Shown: positions 54,349 to 64,000 of the stretch, piece after piece
How the letters are laid out: every line of letters starts with the position of its first letter
How positions within the stretch are numbered: the stretch's first letter is position 1
IMG/VR virus record: IMGVR_UViG_2595698760_000001
Coordinates: 1 to 64,000 of that record
Source: a virus
Lineage: Duplodnaviria > Heunggongvirae > Uroviricota > Caudoviricetes > Schitoviridae
Length of the DNA stretch: 64,000 nt
Reading direction: 5' to 3' (one strand)
Notes under the pieces: model-generated
Database searches by the model: none
Told to the model about the DNA's origin: nothing
Seen by the model: the letters and a program-made list of their open reading frames with translations, nothing else
Program-made: the position numbers and the translations under genes

Positions 54349-54376
54349 AAAAAAAGGGAGGGCATCAGCCCTCCCG
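54349..54376 (-). terminator. Rho-independent terminator downstream of the capsid gene (GGGAGGGC-ATCA-GCCCTCCC followed by a U7 run on the − strand)
   Basis: 8-bp perfect stem. A7 on the + strand is U7 on the − strand transcript. Sits 17 nt after the capsid gene stop. Confidence 0.8.
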
Positions 54377-54392
54377 GATATTAGCTCAACTG

Positions 54393-55592
54393 TTAAAGCG
54401 GAGCTACGGTTTTCACCAGAGCCAGACGCTCAGGGCGCAGAATCAGAGTACCGTAGTACCACTTGATTGAGCTGAAGCCCATTTCGCCGTATGGGTCATT
54501 ACGGTCGGCAGTTGCTTCGCCAGGCATCTTGGTAGTGACCTTGAACTTCAGGGTCTTACCGTCGGTCTGGAAGCCGATGGTGGTGAACGACTCAGCACCA
54601 ACGCACAGCATTGGGTAGATGTCGTACTTACCATTGGTCTCACGGTAACCAGGGTTGGTTCCCACAGTGGCGCCAGCGCCAGCCCAGTGCAGCATCTCTG
54701 GAACGACTACCAGACGGAACTGGTCAACAGTACCGATTTCGCCGTTCAGGATAGTACCTGCATCTGCATACTGATGAACCGGTACGAAGGCAGCATTGCC
54801 AAACGGGTCAACCAGCTTACGAATCAGAGGAATCAGCTCGGAGCCAATGTACAGAACACGGCCGGCACTGATAGTGCGGGTGTCAATCATACGGCTACCG
54901 GTGATAACTTTGGTCTGCTTCGGAGTGCGGTTTTCGTCCAGCGTGATAGACAGACGCATCAGGTCGTCGTAATCAACAACAGAAGGAGTAGCACCTTCGC
55001 CGGTGATTTCGCTGTCCTGAGTTGCAGCGCCGGTGTAAACGATGGTGCCAGCACCAGCCAACAGGTCTTTCTGCAGAACCGCTTCGGTCAACTGCACTGC
55101 ACCGTTCATCAGCTCGGTAGAGATGTGGCTGAACAGCTCAGAGTCAGAATCGAAGTCCAGGCTTTCCTGAGAGAACTCAGTGAAGAAGCCGAACTTTTGA
55201 ATGCGGCCAACACGAGAGATACGGCTGAAGCCAACACGGTTCACACGGCCACCGGTTTCAGTCAGCGTTGGGATTTTACCAACGATGGTGCCGATGTCTT
55301 TGCTTGAACCATACAGGTTCCCGTTAACGATGGTTGCGCCTGCAGCATCGATACCCTGGTCGTTTACGTTACGGTCATCCAGCAGTGGGATGTAGTGGTA
55401 AACGCGGATTTCTTTGCCGTAGTTCTTAGGCATAGAAACAACGTCTGCCAGCGGCATAAAGTATTGGTCTTTACGCGCTTCAATGAGAGCTTTCTTCCAC
55501 CAGAAGAAAGTGTTCATCTGCTTGCCATCTGGCGCATCAATGCCGGATGGGGTGGTGTTCGGGTCGTTGTACAACATACCTTTAGAGGCCAT
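54393..55592 (-). CDS. Major capsid protein (N4 gp56-like, 399 aa)
   Basis: Size matches the N4 capsid protein (about 400 aa). Position between the scaffold-like and gp55-like genes. A dedicated terminator follows it. Confidence 0.7.
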   Translation of the reverse strand: MASKGMLYNDPNTTPSGIDAPDGKQMNTFFWWKKALIEARKDQYFMPLADVVSMPKNYGKEIRVYHYIPLLDDRNVNDQGIDAAGATIVNGNLYGSSKDIGTIVGKIPTLTETGGRVNRVGFSRISRVGRIQKFGFFTEFSQESLDFDSDSELFSHISTELMNGAVQLTEAVLQKDLLAGAGTIVYTGAATQDSEITGEGATPSVVDYDDLMRLSITLDENRTPKQTKVITGSRMIDTRTISAGRVLYIGSELIPLIRKLVDPFGNAAFVPVHQYADAGTILNGEIGTVDQFRLVVVPEMLHWAGAGATVGTNPGYRETNGKYDIYPMLCVGAESFTTIGFQTDGKTLKFKVTTKMPGEATADRNDPYGEMGFSSIKWYYGTLILRPERLALVKTVAPL

Positions 55593-55605
55593 GATTACCT
55601 TCCAC

Positions 55606-56706
55606 TTAGACTGGGATATTATTTAATTTCAGGAAATCATCGTCTGACATTGCCAGATGGTTGAGTTCCTGTTTTACCTTTTGAGGAGCAGATTTCGTAG
55701 GAGATGCTGCCCGAGCTTTATCGCTATTCGCCACAGTCTTAACCGGTGCTGCTTTGGTTTCCAGAACGGTAGTTGCTGGAGCCTGGTTAGGAAGACGGCC
55801 TGCTTTATGCAGCTCCTGGCCCACAATATTGTAAGCCTGGATGAATGGCACATTTGCTAAATTACCCAGCATCTTCTGGCGCTCGACTTCATTCACAATC
55901 GCATCAAAGACGCCTGACTGTTTCTGATTAACCAAGTGCTGAAGGACTGCTGGTTCTTTATATAAAGCCTGCTTGCTTGCGTCATCCCACTGTTTGTCAA
56001 TTGCTACAACAATGTCCTGCCCCTCTTGGGTAGAAGTAACTTCGTCCAAGATGGAACTGAATTGCAGCTCTTGTTCAGAGACAGAGTGATTGCCAGGAAC
56101 ATAGCCAGGGTCTTTACTGGTATCAATCTCCAACGGGTCAATACCACTTTCACGGACTAACTGTTGGATTGCCGCCGGATTACGCTTATGCAAGTCGATA
56201 AGGTTATTCAGCTTGGCTTCTTCGAGCAGCCCCTGATTATCCAGCATTTTAAGAAGTTTCAGGTGTGGTTGCAAACCCTGCATCTTCTTCGTGTAATTGG
56301 CGCCCATCTGCATGAGGCGAATTACATCATCTGGGTTATCGAGTTTGATGTCTTTACCGTTAGCCTTGAACGGAGCCATGATGCGCTCGTACTGGGCTTT
56401 GTAATCGACTTCCTTGGCCGGCTCATCTTTGACAGGTTCCTTTGCAGGTTCCTGAGCAGCAGGCTTAGCAGGGTCTTTGTTCTCCTGACCGGTAGTCGTT
56501 TTGGCAGGCACCTCAGGCTGTTCAGCTTCAGGTTCCTCTACGACTTCAGGTTCCTCAACTTCCGGTTCCTGTGGTTCAGGTTGTTCAGCAGCGGCTTCTG
56601 CAGCAGGCTCACTAGGAGCCTGTGCAACCGGTGCATCACTCATATTCATAATGTCGTCATCCGACATATTCAGAATTTCTTCGTCAGTCATGGCACCGGT
56701 AGTCAT
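55606..56706 (-). CDS. Scaffolding-like acidic protein (N4 gp57-like, 366 aa)
   Basis: Highly acidic PE-rich N-terminus ([19 protein letters not shown]). Lies between the portal and capsid genes. Confidence 0.5.
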   Translation of the reverse strand: MTTGAMTDEEILNMSDDDIMNMSDAPVAQAPSEPAAEAAAEQPEPQEPEVEEPEVVEEPEAEQPEVPAKTTTGQENKDPAKPAAQEPAKEPVKDEPAKEVDYKAQYERIMAPFKANGKDIKLDNPDDVIRLMQMGANYTKKMQGLQPHLKLLKMLDNQGLLEEAKLNNLIDLHKRNPAAIQQLVRESGIDPLEIDTSKDPGYVPGNHSVSEQELQFSSILDEVTSTQEGQDIVVAIDKQWDDASKQALYKEPAVLQHLVNQKQSGVFDAIVNEVERQKMLGNLANVPFIQAYNIVGQELHKAGRLPNQAPATTVLETKAAPVKTVANSDKARAASPTKSAPQKVKQELNHLAMSDDDFLKLNNIPV

Positions 56707-57032
56707 TATTCTTCCTCATGTAGCTCTTGCAGAGTTTCCTGAGCTGCCGTCAAATCACGCTTGGCCATATCACCCTGGCGGATGATGTTGCGCATATACG
56801 TGTGAAAACAGCCAATGGCCTGAACCATCAGAAGCACTTCGGAGCGTACCTGAGGGTCGAGGGTAAAATCAGCGCTCAGTCGGGCCAGGCGGCTGGCTTC
56901 GTTAACAAGATAACCATCGAGCACCAGCTCTTTGAAATCTTTGTTATCGGCCAACTTGAGTGCCTGCTCACCACGTTTAATGAGAGCCTGAGCTTGTTCA
57001 ATTGACAATTCAACTTCCTGGATTTGAGACAT
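56706..57032 (-). CDS. Hypothetical head-module protein (108 aa)
   Basis: Track ORF. ATGA-type junction. Confidence 0.5.
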   Translation of the reverse strand: MSQIQEVELSIEQAQALIKRGEQALKLADNKDFKELVLDGYLVNEASRLARLSADFTLDPQVRSEVLLMVQAIGCFHTYMRNIIRQGDMAKRDLTAAQETLQELHEEE

Positions 57033-57046
57033 TGATACCTCTATGG

Positions 57047-59209
57047 TTAGACTACACGGTTATTTTGTTCGTTAAGATAGTTGTATCCAACTGCTCTTTC
57101 AACGTTTTCCTGCGGTACGGTCTTATCTTGTGGCGCCAGGAGAGCCTTAGTCACTTCGAGATTCTGGTTACCCTGGGCCTGAGCCTGGTCTTTTTCCATC
57201 TCACGAGCGTGCTTAGTGCCGGTCTCTTGTTCAAGGTAATCCAGGTCTTTCTTATCTGCATCACTCTGAGTCTGACGTGCTTTAGCCTGGTTCAGCTCAA
57301 TATCGGACTGCAGCTTCGCAATCTCCATCTGAGCCTTCTGCAGCTCAAGCTGTTTCATCTGCTCTGCAAACGGGTCAGGCTCAGGCTTAAAGTTACGGAT
57401 GTTTTCTGCCAGCGCCGGCATACGTTTCAGGTCAGCAATCTCACCCAGAATCATATTGGTGATGGAGGCATCCATGTTTGGCCCAATGGTCTGCAGCATA
57501 AAGCCCAGGTCTTGAGCCTTGGCGTTATCAATCTCTGCAGTGGAGATGTCCACTTCCAGGTCGAACTGACCTTTCAGGTCTTCACGCTCAACCGGTACGA
57601 AATCACGGTTAGTGACACGGATGACTTCTTTGTCAGACAGGAAGGCATAGTTCATCGCAATGAGCTTGGCGCCAATGTCTTTCATACCTTTGGCCAGACG
57701 GCGGAGGATTGCCATCTCACGTTTGGACGAGGCATCCAGAGCACCACGAATACCGGCCGCTACGTCACCGTAAGCTGAGCCAGAGATACCACCAGCAAAT
57801 GCCTTCACACCAGTCAGCGATTCAGCCTCTTGGTTCTGGAGCTGCATGATGGTAATAGCCGACTGAGGAATCTCAGGGTACGTGTGATGCACCACACCCA
57901 TACGTGGGTCGATACCCTGGTTGAACTCATAGTCCTGACCATTGTCGAAACGACGACGGTTGGTCACATCCAGCATTCCCTTGGCAATACCGGTTTGACT
58001 GTTCGCACTGCGAGCCATCAAATCGATGGTGCCACGAGTCACTGCACCCAGGATATTCTGGTGTTCTTCCAGCAATTCAGCATCTGCCTCACCATAGAGT
58101 GAGCGCTTGACCGGCAGGTAGTTGACCACGATGAACGGGAGCTTCTGGTCTGGGAACGGGTTCTCCTCCATACGGATGAGGACGTTGCCAATCCAGGTAG
58201 CCACAATCGGTTTCAGCTTGCCGTCACCTTCCACGTCATACCAGCCCCAATACTCATAGGCCACTACACGACGACGAGGTGTGTCTTTGAAGTTGAAGCT
58301 GTCCGGCGTTGAGCTGTCATGGTCAGGCTGGCTGAGCACGCTGGTACTGTCCCAGAGAACTGCATCCAGGTTCTTATACCGGCCATCCTTCAGCAGCTCT
58401 GCTTTAGAGGTTTCAAAACTCACCACCGCAAAGTTGGCTTTATCCACGTCACCCTGGCAGGACGGGTCGAAGTAGATATTCTGGTAGCTCAGAATGTCGA
58501 GGGTCGGTTCGTTAATCAGAACCTTCTCCACTTCCACCTGCTCACTGCCGGCGGCGACTGCACGGACAGGCTGGCCAGATTGCTGGAAATATTCAGCGGC
58601 CGCTTTAATGTCAGGCTGCAGTTCATTCCATCCACGAGGATTAGTGTGCTGCAGTGGCAATACCTGCATCAGCAGTTGAGCCTGCTGTTGCTGAGCCATC
58701 GGGTCATTATCCAGGACGTAGCTCCAGACCGGGACTTCCTCAAAGGCAGTCTCTGTCTCACGGCGCCAGCCCACACGAATTACCGCGGTGCCTTCATCGA
58801 CCACAGTACGAACGTAGTCATCAATGAATTTGATGCGGTTCAGCTTGGTACGGAACTGCCAGTTCAGCAGCAACTCATTCTGCTTCGCAGCATCCTGGTC
58901 TTCAAAGGTTACCGGGTAAACGTTGAACAGCTTGTCACTGGAGAGGAATGGTTCCGACAGTGCAGAGTAACGCCACTCCGCCTGGCGGCGGATTAGCTTA
59001 GGCTGAACAGAGGAGCGCCCTTTAATCTTCTGAGGCTTGGCCTTTCCCTCGATATTCATGAGGTCTTGCCACTTCTTAATCTTGGTCACCTGAGTCTGCT
59101 GGTATGGCTTCGCCGCATCGAGGTCACCCTTCAATGTCAGCAGGTCAGGTTCATTCGCCCAATCCGTGAGTTTCTCCACGGCATTGGCGGTCATGTCAGT
59201 TAATTCCAT
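57047..59209 (-). CDS. Portal protein (N4 gp59-like, 720 aa)
   Basis: Size and position upstream of the scaffold and capsid genes, in N4 order. Confidence 0.65.
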   Translation of the reverse strand: MELTDMTANAVEKLTDWANEPDLLTLKGDLDAAKPYQQTQVTKIKKWQDLMNIEGKAKPQKIKGRSSVQPKLIRRQAEWRYSALSEPFLSSDKLFNVYPVTFEDQDAAKQNELLLNWQFRTKLNRIKFIDDYVRTVVDEGTAVIRVGWRRETETAFEEVPVWSYVLDNDPMAQQQQAQLLMQVLPLQHTNPRGWNELQPDIKAAAEYFQQSGQPVRAVAAGSEQVEVEKVLINEPTLDILSYQNIYFDPSCQGDVDKANFAVVSFETSKAELLKDGRYKNLDAVLWDSTSVLSQPDHDSSTPDSFNFKDTPRRRVVAYEYWGWYDVEGDGKLKPIVATWIGNVLIRMEENPFPDQKLPFIVVNYLPVKRSLYGEADAELLEEHQNILGAVTRGTIDLMARSANSQTGIAKGMLDVTNRRRFDNGQDYEFNQGIDPRMGVVHHTYPEIPQSAITIMQLQNQEAESLTGVKAFAGGISGSAYGDVAAGIRGALDASSKREMAILRRLAKGMKDIGAKLIAMNYAFLSDKEVIRVTNRDFVPVEREDLKGQFDLEVDISTAEIDNAKAQDLGFMLQTIGPNMDASITNMILGEIADLKRMPALAENIRNFKPEPDPFAEQMKQLELQKAQMEIAKLQSDIELNQAKARQTQSDADKKDLDYLEQETGTKHAREMEKDQAQAQGNQNLEVTKALLAPQDKTVPQENVERAVGYNYLNEQNNRVV

Positions 59210-59711
59210 TGGCTTCCCCAGTGAGCTTTCTGTCAGCGTCTATTTGATTGCGGAGATTTTGGATTGTTCTGTCACGCTCTGCAAGAGTTGCCCGGAGTTC
59301 TTGAGCCAATTGTCTACCCTCGCTAAGAGTGCTGTCGAGTTTGGCTGCATACTCTGCAAGACGCTTTTGCTCAGCGGCGCTGGCTTGGGACATTGTACGA
59401 TACTTATCGGCTCGGGCCTCTGACTGGCGCACCCGGTCATCAGCACCGGACTGAGCAGCAGCAATATCAGCATCGTATTGCTCTTTACTGACTTGAGCAT
59501 TATCGCTCACCTCATTTGATTGAATGGCATGGTTCTGTTCTTTGCCCCGGTTACTTTCGGAAGCACCGACAGCTTTTTTGGCGTCTTCTGCAACAGCCAT
59601 ATTCCATTTGCTGTATACCACAGCTTTGCCGTGTTTGTACCCACCCAGGGAACCAAGAGATAAGCCGACGAGTAATGCCACCAGTACAATTGACCACAGT
59701 TGAACTTTCAT
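59196..59711 (-). CDS. i-spanin (Rz-like)
   Basis: GGGGTG Shine-Dalgarno with ATG at 59711 (the track begins at a GTG at 59735 inside the hairpin). N-terminal [20 protein letters not shown] followed by a long coiled-coil periplasmic domain. Contains the embedded Rz1-like gene. Confidence 0.65.
   Translation of the reverse strand: MKVQLWSIVLVALLVGLSLGSLGGYKHGKAVVYSKWNMAVAEDAKKAVGASESNRGKEQNHAIQSNEVSDNAQVSKEQYDADIAAAQSGADDRVRQSEARADKYRTMSQASAAEQKRLAEYAAKLDSTLSEGRQLAQELRATLAERDRTIQNLRNQIDADRKLTGEANGIN
59240..59473 (-). CDS. o-spanin (Rz1-like lipoprotein) embedded in the +1 frame of the i-spanin gene
   Basis: [15 protein letters not shown] has a lipobox Cys. Pro-rich mature region. Wholly contained within the Rz-like ORF. 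Confidence 0.6.
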   Translation of the reverse strand: MLILLLLSPVLMTGCASQRPEPISIVQCPKPAPLSKSVLQSMQPNSTALLARVDNWLKNSGQLLQSVTEQSKISAIK

Positions 59712-59723
59712 ACGCACCCCATT

Positions 59724-59758
59724 AAAAAAGCCCACCGAAGTGGGCTTATTTTCTTATT
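59724..59758. terminator. Bidirectional-looking terminator (A6-AGCCCAC-CGAA-GTGGGCT followed by a T-rich tract)
   Basis: Hairpin flanked by an A-run and T-runs. It lies between the 176-aa gene stop and the Rz start on the − strand. Confidence 0.6.
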
Positions 59759-60284
59759 TGCCCGAGAGCAGTTGGTTGAACTTCTCAGCCAGGCCGTTGA
59801 AGGCTTCGGTCACCTCCTTCACGGTAGCGCCGGATTTCAGCAGCTCAACTGGCTCAATGCTCGACTTGGCAGATGCCTTGCCGTCAGTTTCACCAGAGGT
59901 CTTATCAATCAGCTTGCCCGCTTCAGAGCCGCTACCAGAGCGCAGCAGTTCCAGACCGAACGGAGACACGTAAGCGATACCGCCGGCGTGCAGAGCGATG
60001 GAGTCGAAACCTGCACGGTAGAAGTCATCAGGAGTTACCAGCTTAGGCGCTACTTCGTCTTCGCTGATTACCTGGCCTTCTGCGTCTTCATCCTGCTGGA
60101 CGATTTCACGGGCTTTTTCCTGCACGTCTTCTGCAGTGCCGGCATGTGCAGCATCGGTAGCATTCAGGTCAGAGCCAGTATCGTTTTCCACGATGACTTC
60201 TTTACCCTGAGCTTCCTGTGCATCCTTCACAGCAGCCTGTTGTTCTTCAGTTGATTGTTCAGCACTTACTTTTTTGTCAGCCAT
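59754..60284 (-). CDS. Acidic hypothetical protein (176 aa)
   Basis: Track ORF between the endolysin and spanin genes. Net acidic. Confidence 0.5.
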   Translation of the reverse strand: MADKKVSAEQSTEEQQAAVKDAQEAQGKEVIVENDTGSDLNATDAAHAGTAEDVQEKAREIVQQDEDAEGQVISEDEVAPKLVTPDDFYRAGFDSIALHAGGIAYVSPFGLELLRSGSGSEAGKLIDKTSGETDGKASAKSSIEPVELLKSGATVKEVTEAFNGLAEKFNQLLSGK

Positions 60285-60294
60285 GTGGCCTCCG

Positions 60295-60834
60295 TTATTG
60301 AACGCGTTCTTTTAACCAACCATAACCAAAGGTTTCCTGGTTCTGGTTGGCTTCCATAATATCCAGGTAGCGTGCTCCCTGAGAGCAGTTCAGCGACTTG
60401 ATTAGGACGGATTCGCCCTCAGAGCCACGCTTCGCCAGGAATGCTCGTAAGGCATTAAGGCCACGAGGGCCAATCATGCCATCAACAGCCAGGTCAGGAT
60501 ACAGAGTTCCTTTCAGGTTGAAAGCATTAAGCCATCGCTGCAGGAATTTAACTCCTACCGATGGCCCCATGTTCACCCCGATGTCCATGAGCTTGGCAGC
60601 AATATTAGCAGATACGGCAGACACTTGGTCTAGCCGAGGGCCGAACCAATAATCAGCCTCGAAGATTTCTACAGCCTGTTCCCGGGAGAGGTTACGCATG
60701 TCGCCGGTATAACCGTGGGCACGAGCTACCTTCTGGGTAATGCCCCACTTAGTGGGGCCACCTCTGTCATCCGGGTTATTGACGTAGCCGCCTTCTTTGC
60801 CAATTACTTGGTCAATGATTTGCGTCTTGTTCAT
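60295..60834 (-). CDS. Endolysin: GH108 N-acetylmuramidase-type domain with PG_binding_3 C-terminal domain
   Basis: N-terminal KEGGYVNNPDDRGGPTKWGIT is the GH108 signature. C-terminal DGMIGPRGLNAL matches the PG_binding_3 pattern. N4 gp61-like. Confidence 0.8.
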   Translation of the reverse strand: MNKTQIIDQVIGKEGGYVNNPDDRGGPTKWGITQKVARAHGYTGDMRNLSREQAVEIFEADYWFGPRLDQVSAVSANIAAKLMDIGVNMGPSVGVKFLQRWLNAFNLKGTLYPDLAVDGMIGPRGLNALRAFLAKRGSEGESVLIKSLNCSQGARYLDIMEANQNQETFGYGWLKERVQ

Positions 60835-61066
60835 CGTCTTTCACCACATGTTTTTCGACTGCCTTCTGCCGAACCAATCGGAATGCAATGCCAATGATGG
60901 CCATTCCTCTCAGCCACAACTTGGCCGTCTCGGGTAATTGGTCATGAAGCCCTGCAGCAATGACACCGTTATAAATGTCGGGGAAAACCCCGACAATTAT
61001 GAAGGCCCAAACTGTCGTCAGTTTCCACGCATGTTTCCAGTAGGAGACCAACTCAATCTTTGCCAT
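60812..61066 (-). CDS. Holin (84 aa, 2 predicted TM)
   Basis: Two TM helices and a charged C-terminus. Overlaps the endolysin start. Confidence 0.55.
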   Translation of the reverse strand: MAKIELVSYWKHAWKLTTVWAFIIVGVFPDIYNGVIAAGLHDQLPETAKLWLRGMAIIGIAFRLVRQKAVEKHVVKDDEQDANH

Positions 61067-61328
61067 GGCCTAAGTCCTGCAGACGCTTTTCCATGTTATC
61101 AACACGGTAACCCAACAGAGAAATATCACGCTGAGTATCTGTTGCTGTTTTAGCCAGAATACTAACTGTGCTCCGCAACTCAGTAACCGTGTCTTTCAAT
61201 ACACCTACCGTGAAGTAAAGCTGCACCGCAGCCCACAGAATAGGAATCGAAATAGTGATTAACCAGGTGATTGGTAACCGCATCTCAAAGATACGAGTCG
61301 GCTGCTGTTGAGTATCTCTTGCTTCCAT
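61053..61328 (-). CDS. Membrane protein (91 aa, 1 TM plus coiled-coil); possible antiholin or lysis regulator
   Basis: Single TM followed by an amphipathic coiled-coil. Adjacent to the holin. Confidence 0.4.
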   Translation of the reverse strand: MEARDTQQQPTRIFEMRLPITWLITISIPILWAAVQLYFTVGVLKDTVTELRSTVSILAKTATDTQRDISLLGYRVDNMEKRLQDLGHGKD

Positions 61329-61337
61329 AATTTTCCC

Positions 61338-63767
61338 TTAGACGTTCTGATTCGCTGCGTTGATGTCATCAAAGTAGCGGTACATTGCGGCACAAGAGAT
61401 AGCATATTCCGCCTGCGCCCAGAAGCGATGGTACGTGAATCGTGGCGCCGCAACCGTTGTCGGGTTGTTGATATACGCCTGTACTTCACTCCAACGTGAA
61501 TCTTCTTTCAGGAAGCTGCGGAGACTAATGAAAGTAGAGGACTGGTTGATTGGGTCACCATTTGGCATGGTGCCTGTGAATTCTGTCGGCACATACACAC
61601 TATCCGCATAGCGGGTGTAGTCAGCACGAGCTTCAGAGATTCCGATACCGTGGTCATCCTTATAGTTAGTCCAAATGCGGTCGAGCAATTGCTTGGCCAC
61701 TTTGTACGCATTTCTTGCTGTGAATGATGAGTTCGGAATCACATCATCAAATTTACCCATGAGACGTTTTGCCTGAGCATACGTCGTCAACAGATATGCA
61801 GTCGATGCGGCCACCCCTAAGTCAGGACTGTACGTTGCAACTGTGCAGTGCAGGTTCGGGTTAGGCACACTCGAAGCGTTCCAGAAATTAGCATAACTTC
61901 CAGTGCCATCCCAGTTCGACGAGGGAATATACTCGTAAACACCCTCTGAATTAGGTCGTGTGGTCGTTTGTCCATCAACTGGCGTAGTGCTAGTCCATGA
62001 CAAATCCGACGGCACTGAAAAGCTCCCAGACGTAATGGTGATGTTCTTCAGGAACCATACCACCAGGCGGTCAAGGATAATCTCCAGGTTAGGGCGAATC
62101 TCTACTGCCAGGGCAGTGTTCTTATTGGCCACTTCCAGGAACAGGTCTGCAGTGCGGCCCTGGCCCCATGACTGGAATCCAGCCCATTTGTTTGATGGCG
62201 GGTCATGCCATACCGGCGAGTACGTGTAGACCATGCCATAAAACTTGGCCTTCTCACGGCCATCACTAGGCGTCTCATAACGCGCATTCCATGAGTTGGT
62301 GACACCACCAGCAATGGCACCTTCCGGTGACTGGAGCCAACGAATCATTTCAATCTGACGGTAGAGTGAGCTTTTCCAGATGTCACCTGCTGAGGTACTC
62401 AGTGGTTTCATGCCGCCGCCACCGGTAGCCAGAGCGTATGCCGTGGACAGTCCCTGGTAACCCTGGTGCGATTCAGAGCAGCCAATACGGTAGCCCCAAC
62501 TTGCAGACTCACCGGTAGCAGGAACTTCACCACCCCAGGCGCCGTACCAGTTAATCAGGTAATGGCATGAGGCATACGGGTTCGACTGAGTAGCGCCCAC
62601 CAGGTTATTGCCAATCTGACGGAAGTATTTGTCAAAGAGGTTGTAACGCAGGTAGTCACCCATCTTCATGGCACGGTCAGTCGAGTCAGAGATGACCTCA
62701 TTTTTACCCTGTTCTGTGGCAAACTTCTTGGCCCAGAATGCCCATTGGATAGCGCGTACTTCAGCATCCGGCGCATTGGTATAGCCCCACTTTTTGCCCC
62801 AATCGAATGGTGCATCGGGATACCATTGCTTGCCCTGAGAGAACAGCGGGTCATAGCCATAGATGGAACCACCGTTCTGCCAGTCATTCCAGCATGGGTG
62901 TGTCACCGTCTCAAACGAGGACTCCTGCTTACCGCGCTCATAGGTGTTGATGTACACGTTCTTCTTCGAGCCATCACCATTCTTGAAGCCGTAACCACCT
63001 TCGACGTCGATAATCCAGTGCATGAGGTACATGCGTGGATTGCCATACGTTGCCATCAGTTCACCGTACAGCGGGTCAAATCCTTTGGCTGCAGTTGGTT
63101 CACCCAGTCGTGGGTAGTCAGACGGCAGGTCACCTTCCGCTGTATAGTCAGCAGGAGATTTAGGGTCATAAATACCGACCGGCTGGTTAGTGGCCGACGG
63201 CACATAATACTTCTCAATGACATCCCAGGAATTGTTGTAGCCATCCCAGTTGCCAGAGACATACCCTTTCCAGGCTTCCAGACCAACCCAGAACGATGCT
63301 GTCTCTGATACCGACTCTCCGCCGTAGTCCGGCGCTTCGTTGATAATCAGGCTGTCGATTGCTGCAATATGCAGTGGAATCACATTCAGCTCAGTGGCTC
63401 CGGTCTGTGGGCCGAAGTATTTATTCTCCGGTTTATGCACCGAATCGTAGATGTAGTTGAAGCGAGACAGATACGAGTTCGGGTCACCGGGAATTGTTAC
63501 CTGGCCACGTTCCTGCAGAATGGTGGCATTGGTCGGGGTCTTCAGCTTCAGATAAAAGTTAGCTGTTTCCCGGGCAGTATCGTCATCACGTAGAGTGACG
63601 GTCACTTCTTTAGTGAGTTCCCCTGGTGCAAACGTCAGAGTTCCGGTAACTGAGGTGTAGTCACCGTTGGCAGCTTTAGCTGTGCCGTCAACGGTTTCAT
63701 AACCAACGGTTACCGTCTCACCATACGCTCGGCTGAGGGTTACCTCAAAAGCGGCAAGACGGGCCAT
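61338..63767 (-). CDS. Late protein with N-terminal Calx-β domain and GH48-like (α/α)6 glycoside hydrolase domain (809 aa); candidate virion-associated polysaccharide depolymerase
   Basis: N-terminal ETVTVGYETVDGTAKAANGDYTSVTGTLTFAPGELTKEVTVTLRDDD fits the Calx-β pattern. NEAPDYGGESVSETASFWVGLEA resembles the GH48 catalytic-acid region [22 protein letters not shown]. Aromatic-rich throughout. Confidence 0.5.
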   Translation of the reverse strand: MARLAAFEVTLSRAYGETVTVGYETVDGTAKAANGDYTSVTGTLTFAPGELTKEVTVTLRDDDTARETANFYLKLKTPTNATILQERGQVTIPGDPNSYLSRFNYIYDSVHKPENKYFGPQTGATELNVIPLHIAAIDSLIINEAPDYGGESVSETASFWVGLEAWKGYVSGNWDGYNNSWDVIEKYYVPSATNQPVGIYDPKSPADYTAEGDLPSDYPRLGEPTAAKGFDPLYGELMATYGNPRMYLMHWIIDVEGGYGFKNGDGSKKNVYINTYERGKQESSFETVTHPCWNDWQNGGSIYGYDPLFSQGKQWYPDAPFDWGKKWGYTNAPDAEVRAIQWAFWAKKFATEQGKNEVISDSTDRAMKMGDYLRYNLFDKYFRQIGNNLVGATQSNPYASCHYLINWYGAWGGEVPATGESASWGYRIGCSESHQGYQGLSTAYALATGGGGMKPLSTSAGDIWKSSLYRQIEMIRWLQSPEGAIAGGVTNSWNARYETPSDGREKAKFYGMVYTYSPVWHDPPSNKWAGFQSWGQGRTADLFLEVANKNTALAVEIRPNLEIILDRLVVWFLKNITITSGSFSVPSDLSWTSTTPVDGQTTTRPNSEGVYEYIPSSNWDGTGSYANFWNASSVPNPNLHCTVATYSPDLGVAASTAYLLTTYAQAKRLMGKFDDVIPNSSFTARNAYKVAKQLLDRIWTNYKDDHGIGISEARADYTRYADSVYVPTEFTGTMPNGDPINQSSTFISLRSFLKEDSRWSEVQAYINNPTTVAAPRFTYHRFWAQAEYAISCAAMYRYFDDINAANQNV

Positions 63768-63776
63768 TTGTGCTCC

Positions 63777-64000
63777 TTAAGCAATAAGATTAGTCAGTAG
63801 GTTCAGCTTGACCGTCTGAGGTGTTGTCCAGTCATCCTGCACAAGCCCACCGGTATCACCGCTGTTCGGATTGTAACACCAGTAGGCGAAACTAATCCCC
63901 TGCCAGTTACTGTTCGGTCGTTCTGTTCCAGACACAGTGTTGTCCAGGTTCTTGTCGAAGTTCATGTACTTAATGAGCTGAGCCAACCATTGCCGCTCGT
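63777..64000 (-). CDS. 3' end of a late (probably tail) gene; the N-terminus lies beyond the window
   Basis: ORF open to the window edge. Stop at 63777. Confidence 0.4.
   Translation of the reverse strand, partial: ERQWLAQLIKYMNFDKNLDNTVSGTERPNSNWQGISFAYWCYNPNSGDTGGLVQDDWTTPQTVKLNLLTNLIA

Noticed and set aside
53207-59000. + strand ORFs antisense to structural genes (53207..53713, 53750..54277, 54687..55307, 57002..57778, 58319..58996)
   Set aside because: They are embedded antisense within the synteny-supported late operon on the − strand. No Shine-Dalgarno sites. Low-complexity translations.
59507-59689. Third-frame 60-aa − strand ORF inside the Rz-like gene
   Set aside because: The Rz1-like lipoprotein in the other frame has a convincing lipobox. 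This ORF has no signal or lipobox and is probably spurious.
59700-60254. 184-aa + strand ORF antisense to the 176-aa acidic gene and terminator
   Set aside because: Antisense shadow beginning inside the terminator hairpin.
1-64000. Searched for tRNA-like T-arm signatures (GTTCRANYC) outside CDSs, CRISPR repeats, integrase or transposase genes, and reverse transcriptase near the fibre-like gene (DGR)
   Set aside because: No convincing T-arm/acceptor combination outside CDSs, no direct-repeat array, and no recombinase or RT motifs were seen. tRNAscan-SE should still be run on 1560-5380 and the intergenic regions.

Overview
This window reads as a contiguous segment of an N4-like (Schitoviridae-type) lytic podovirus genome. 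The + strand from about 1 to 37,150 carries the early and middle genes. The left end is a field of very small ORFs punctuated by four recurrent stem-TAAC-stem hairpins that sit 36-50 nt upstream of start codons and are candidate hairpin promoters for the virion RNA polymerase. After that come an operon encoding a DUF2493/SLOG protein and a two-subunit T7-like RNA polymerase II (a 268-aa subunit plus a 400-aa catalytic subunit with motifs A/B/C), and then replication and nucleotide-metabolism genes. These include a MoxR-like AAA+ ATPase with a vWA/HExxH partner, another AAA+ ATPase, dUTPase, a Dda/RecD-like helicase, a family-A DNA polymerase with 3'-5' exonuclease, ThyX, a Cas4/RecB-like Fe-S nuclease, a primase-like protein with an AEP DxD motif, a P-loop ATPase, an SSB-like protein and a RusA-like resolvase. 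Three accessory blocks stand out on this strand. One is an envelope cassette at 14,668-16,854 with a small 2-TM protein, an SPFH/band-7 lipoprotein and a YadA-anchor trimeric-autotransporter-like outer-membrane protein. The second is a 778-aa collagen-motif tail-fibre-like protein at 27,591-29,927 with internal tandem repeats. The third is an Ig-like protein that may be a capsid decoration protein. The − strand from 37,172 to the window end carries the late module: a 3,541-aa giant virion RNA polymerase with T7-like DxxGR, A and B motifs, virion proteins in N4 gp51-55 order, major capsid protein, scaffold-like acidic protein, portal, an embedded Rz/Rz1 spanin pair, a GH108 endolysin, a holin, and an 809-aa late protein combining a Calx-β domain with a GH48-like glycoside hydrolase domain. 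Canonical tetraloop-plus-U-tract intrinsic terminators, several of them bidirectional, mark the transcription-unit boundaries. No tRNA, CRISPR array, integrase or transposase is evident. All assignments come from reading motifs and gene order by eye, without database searches.
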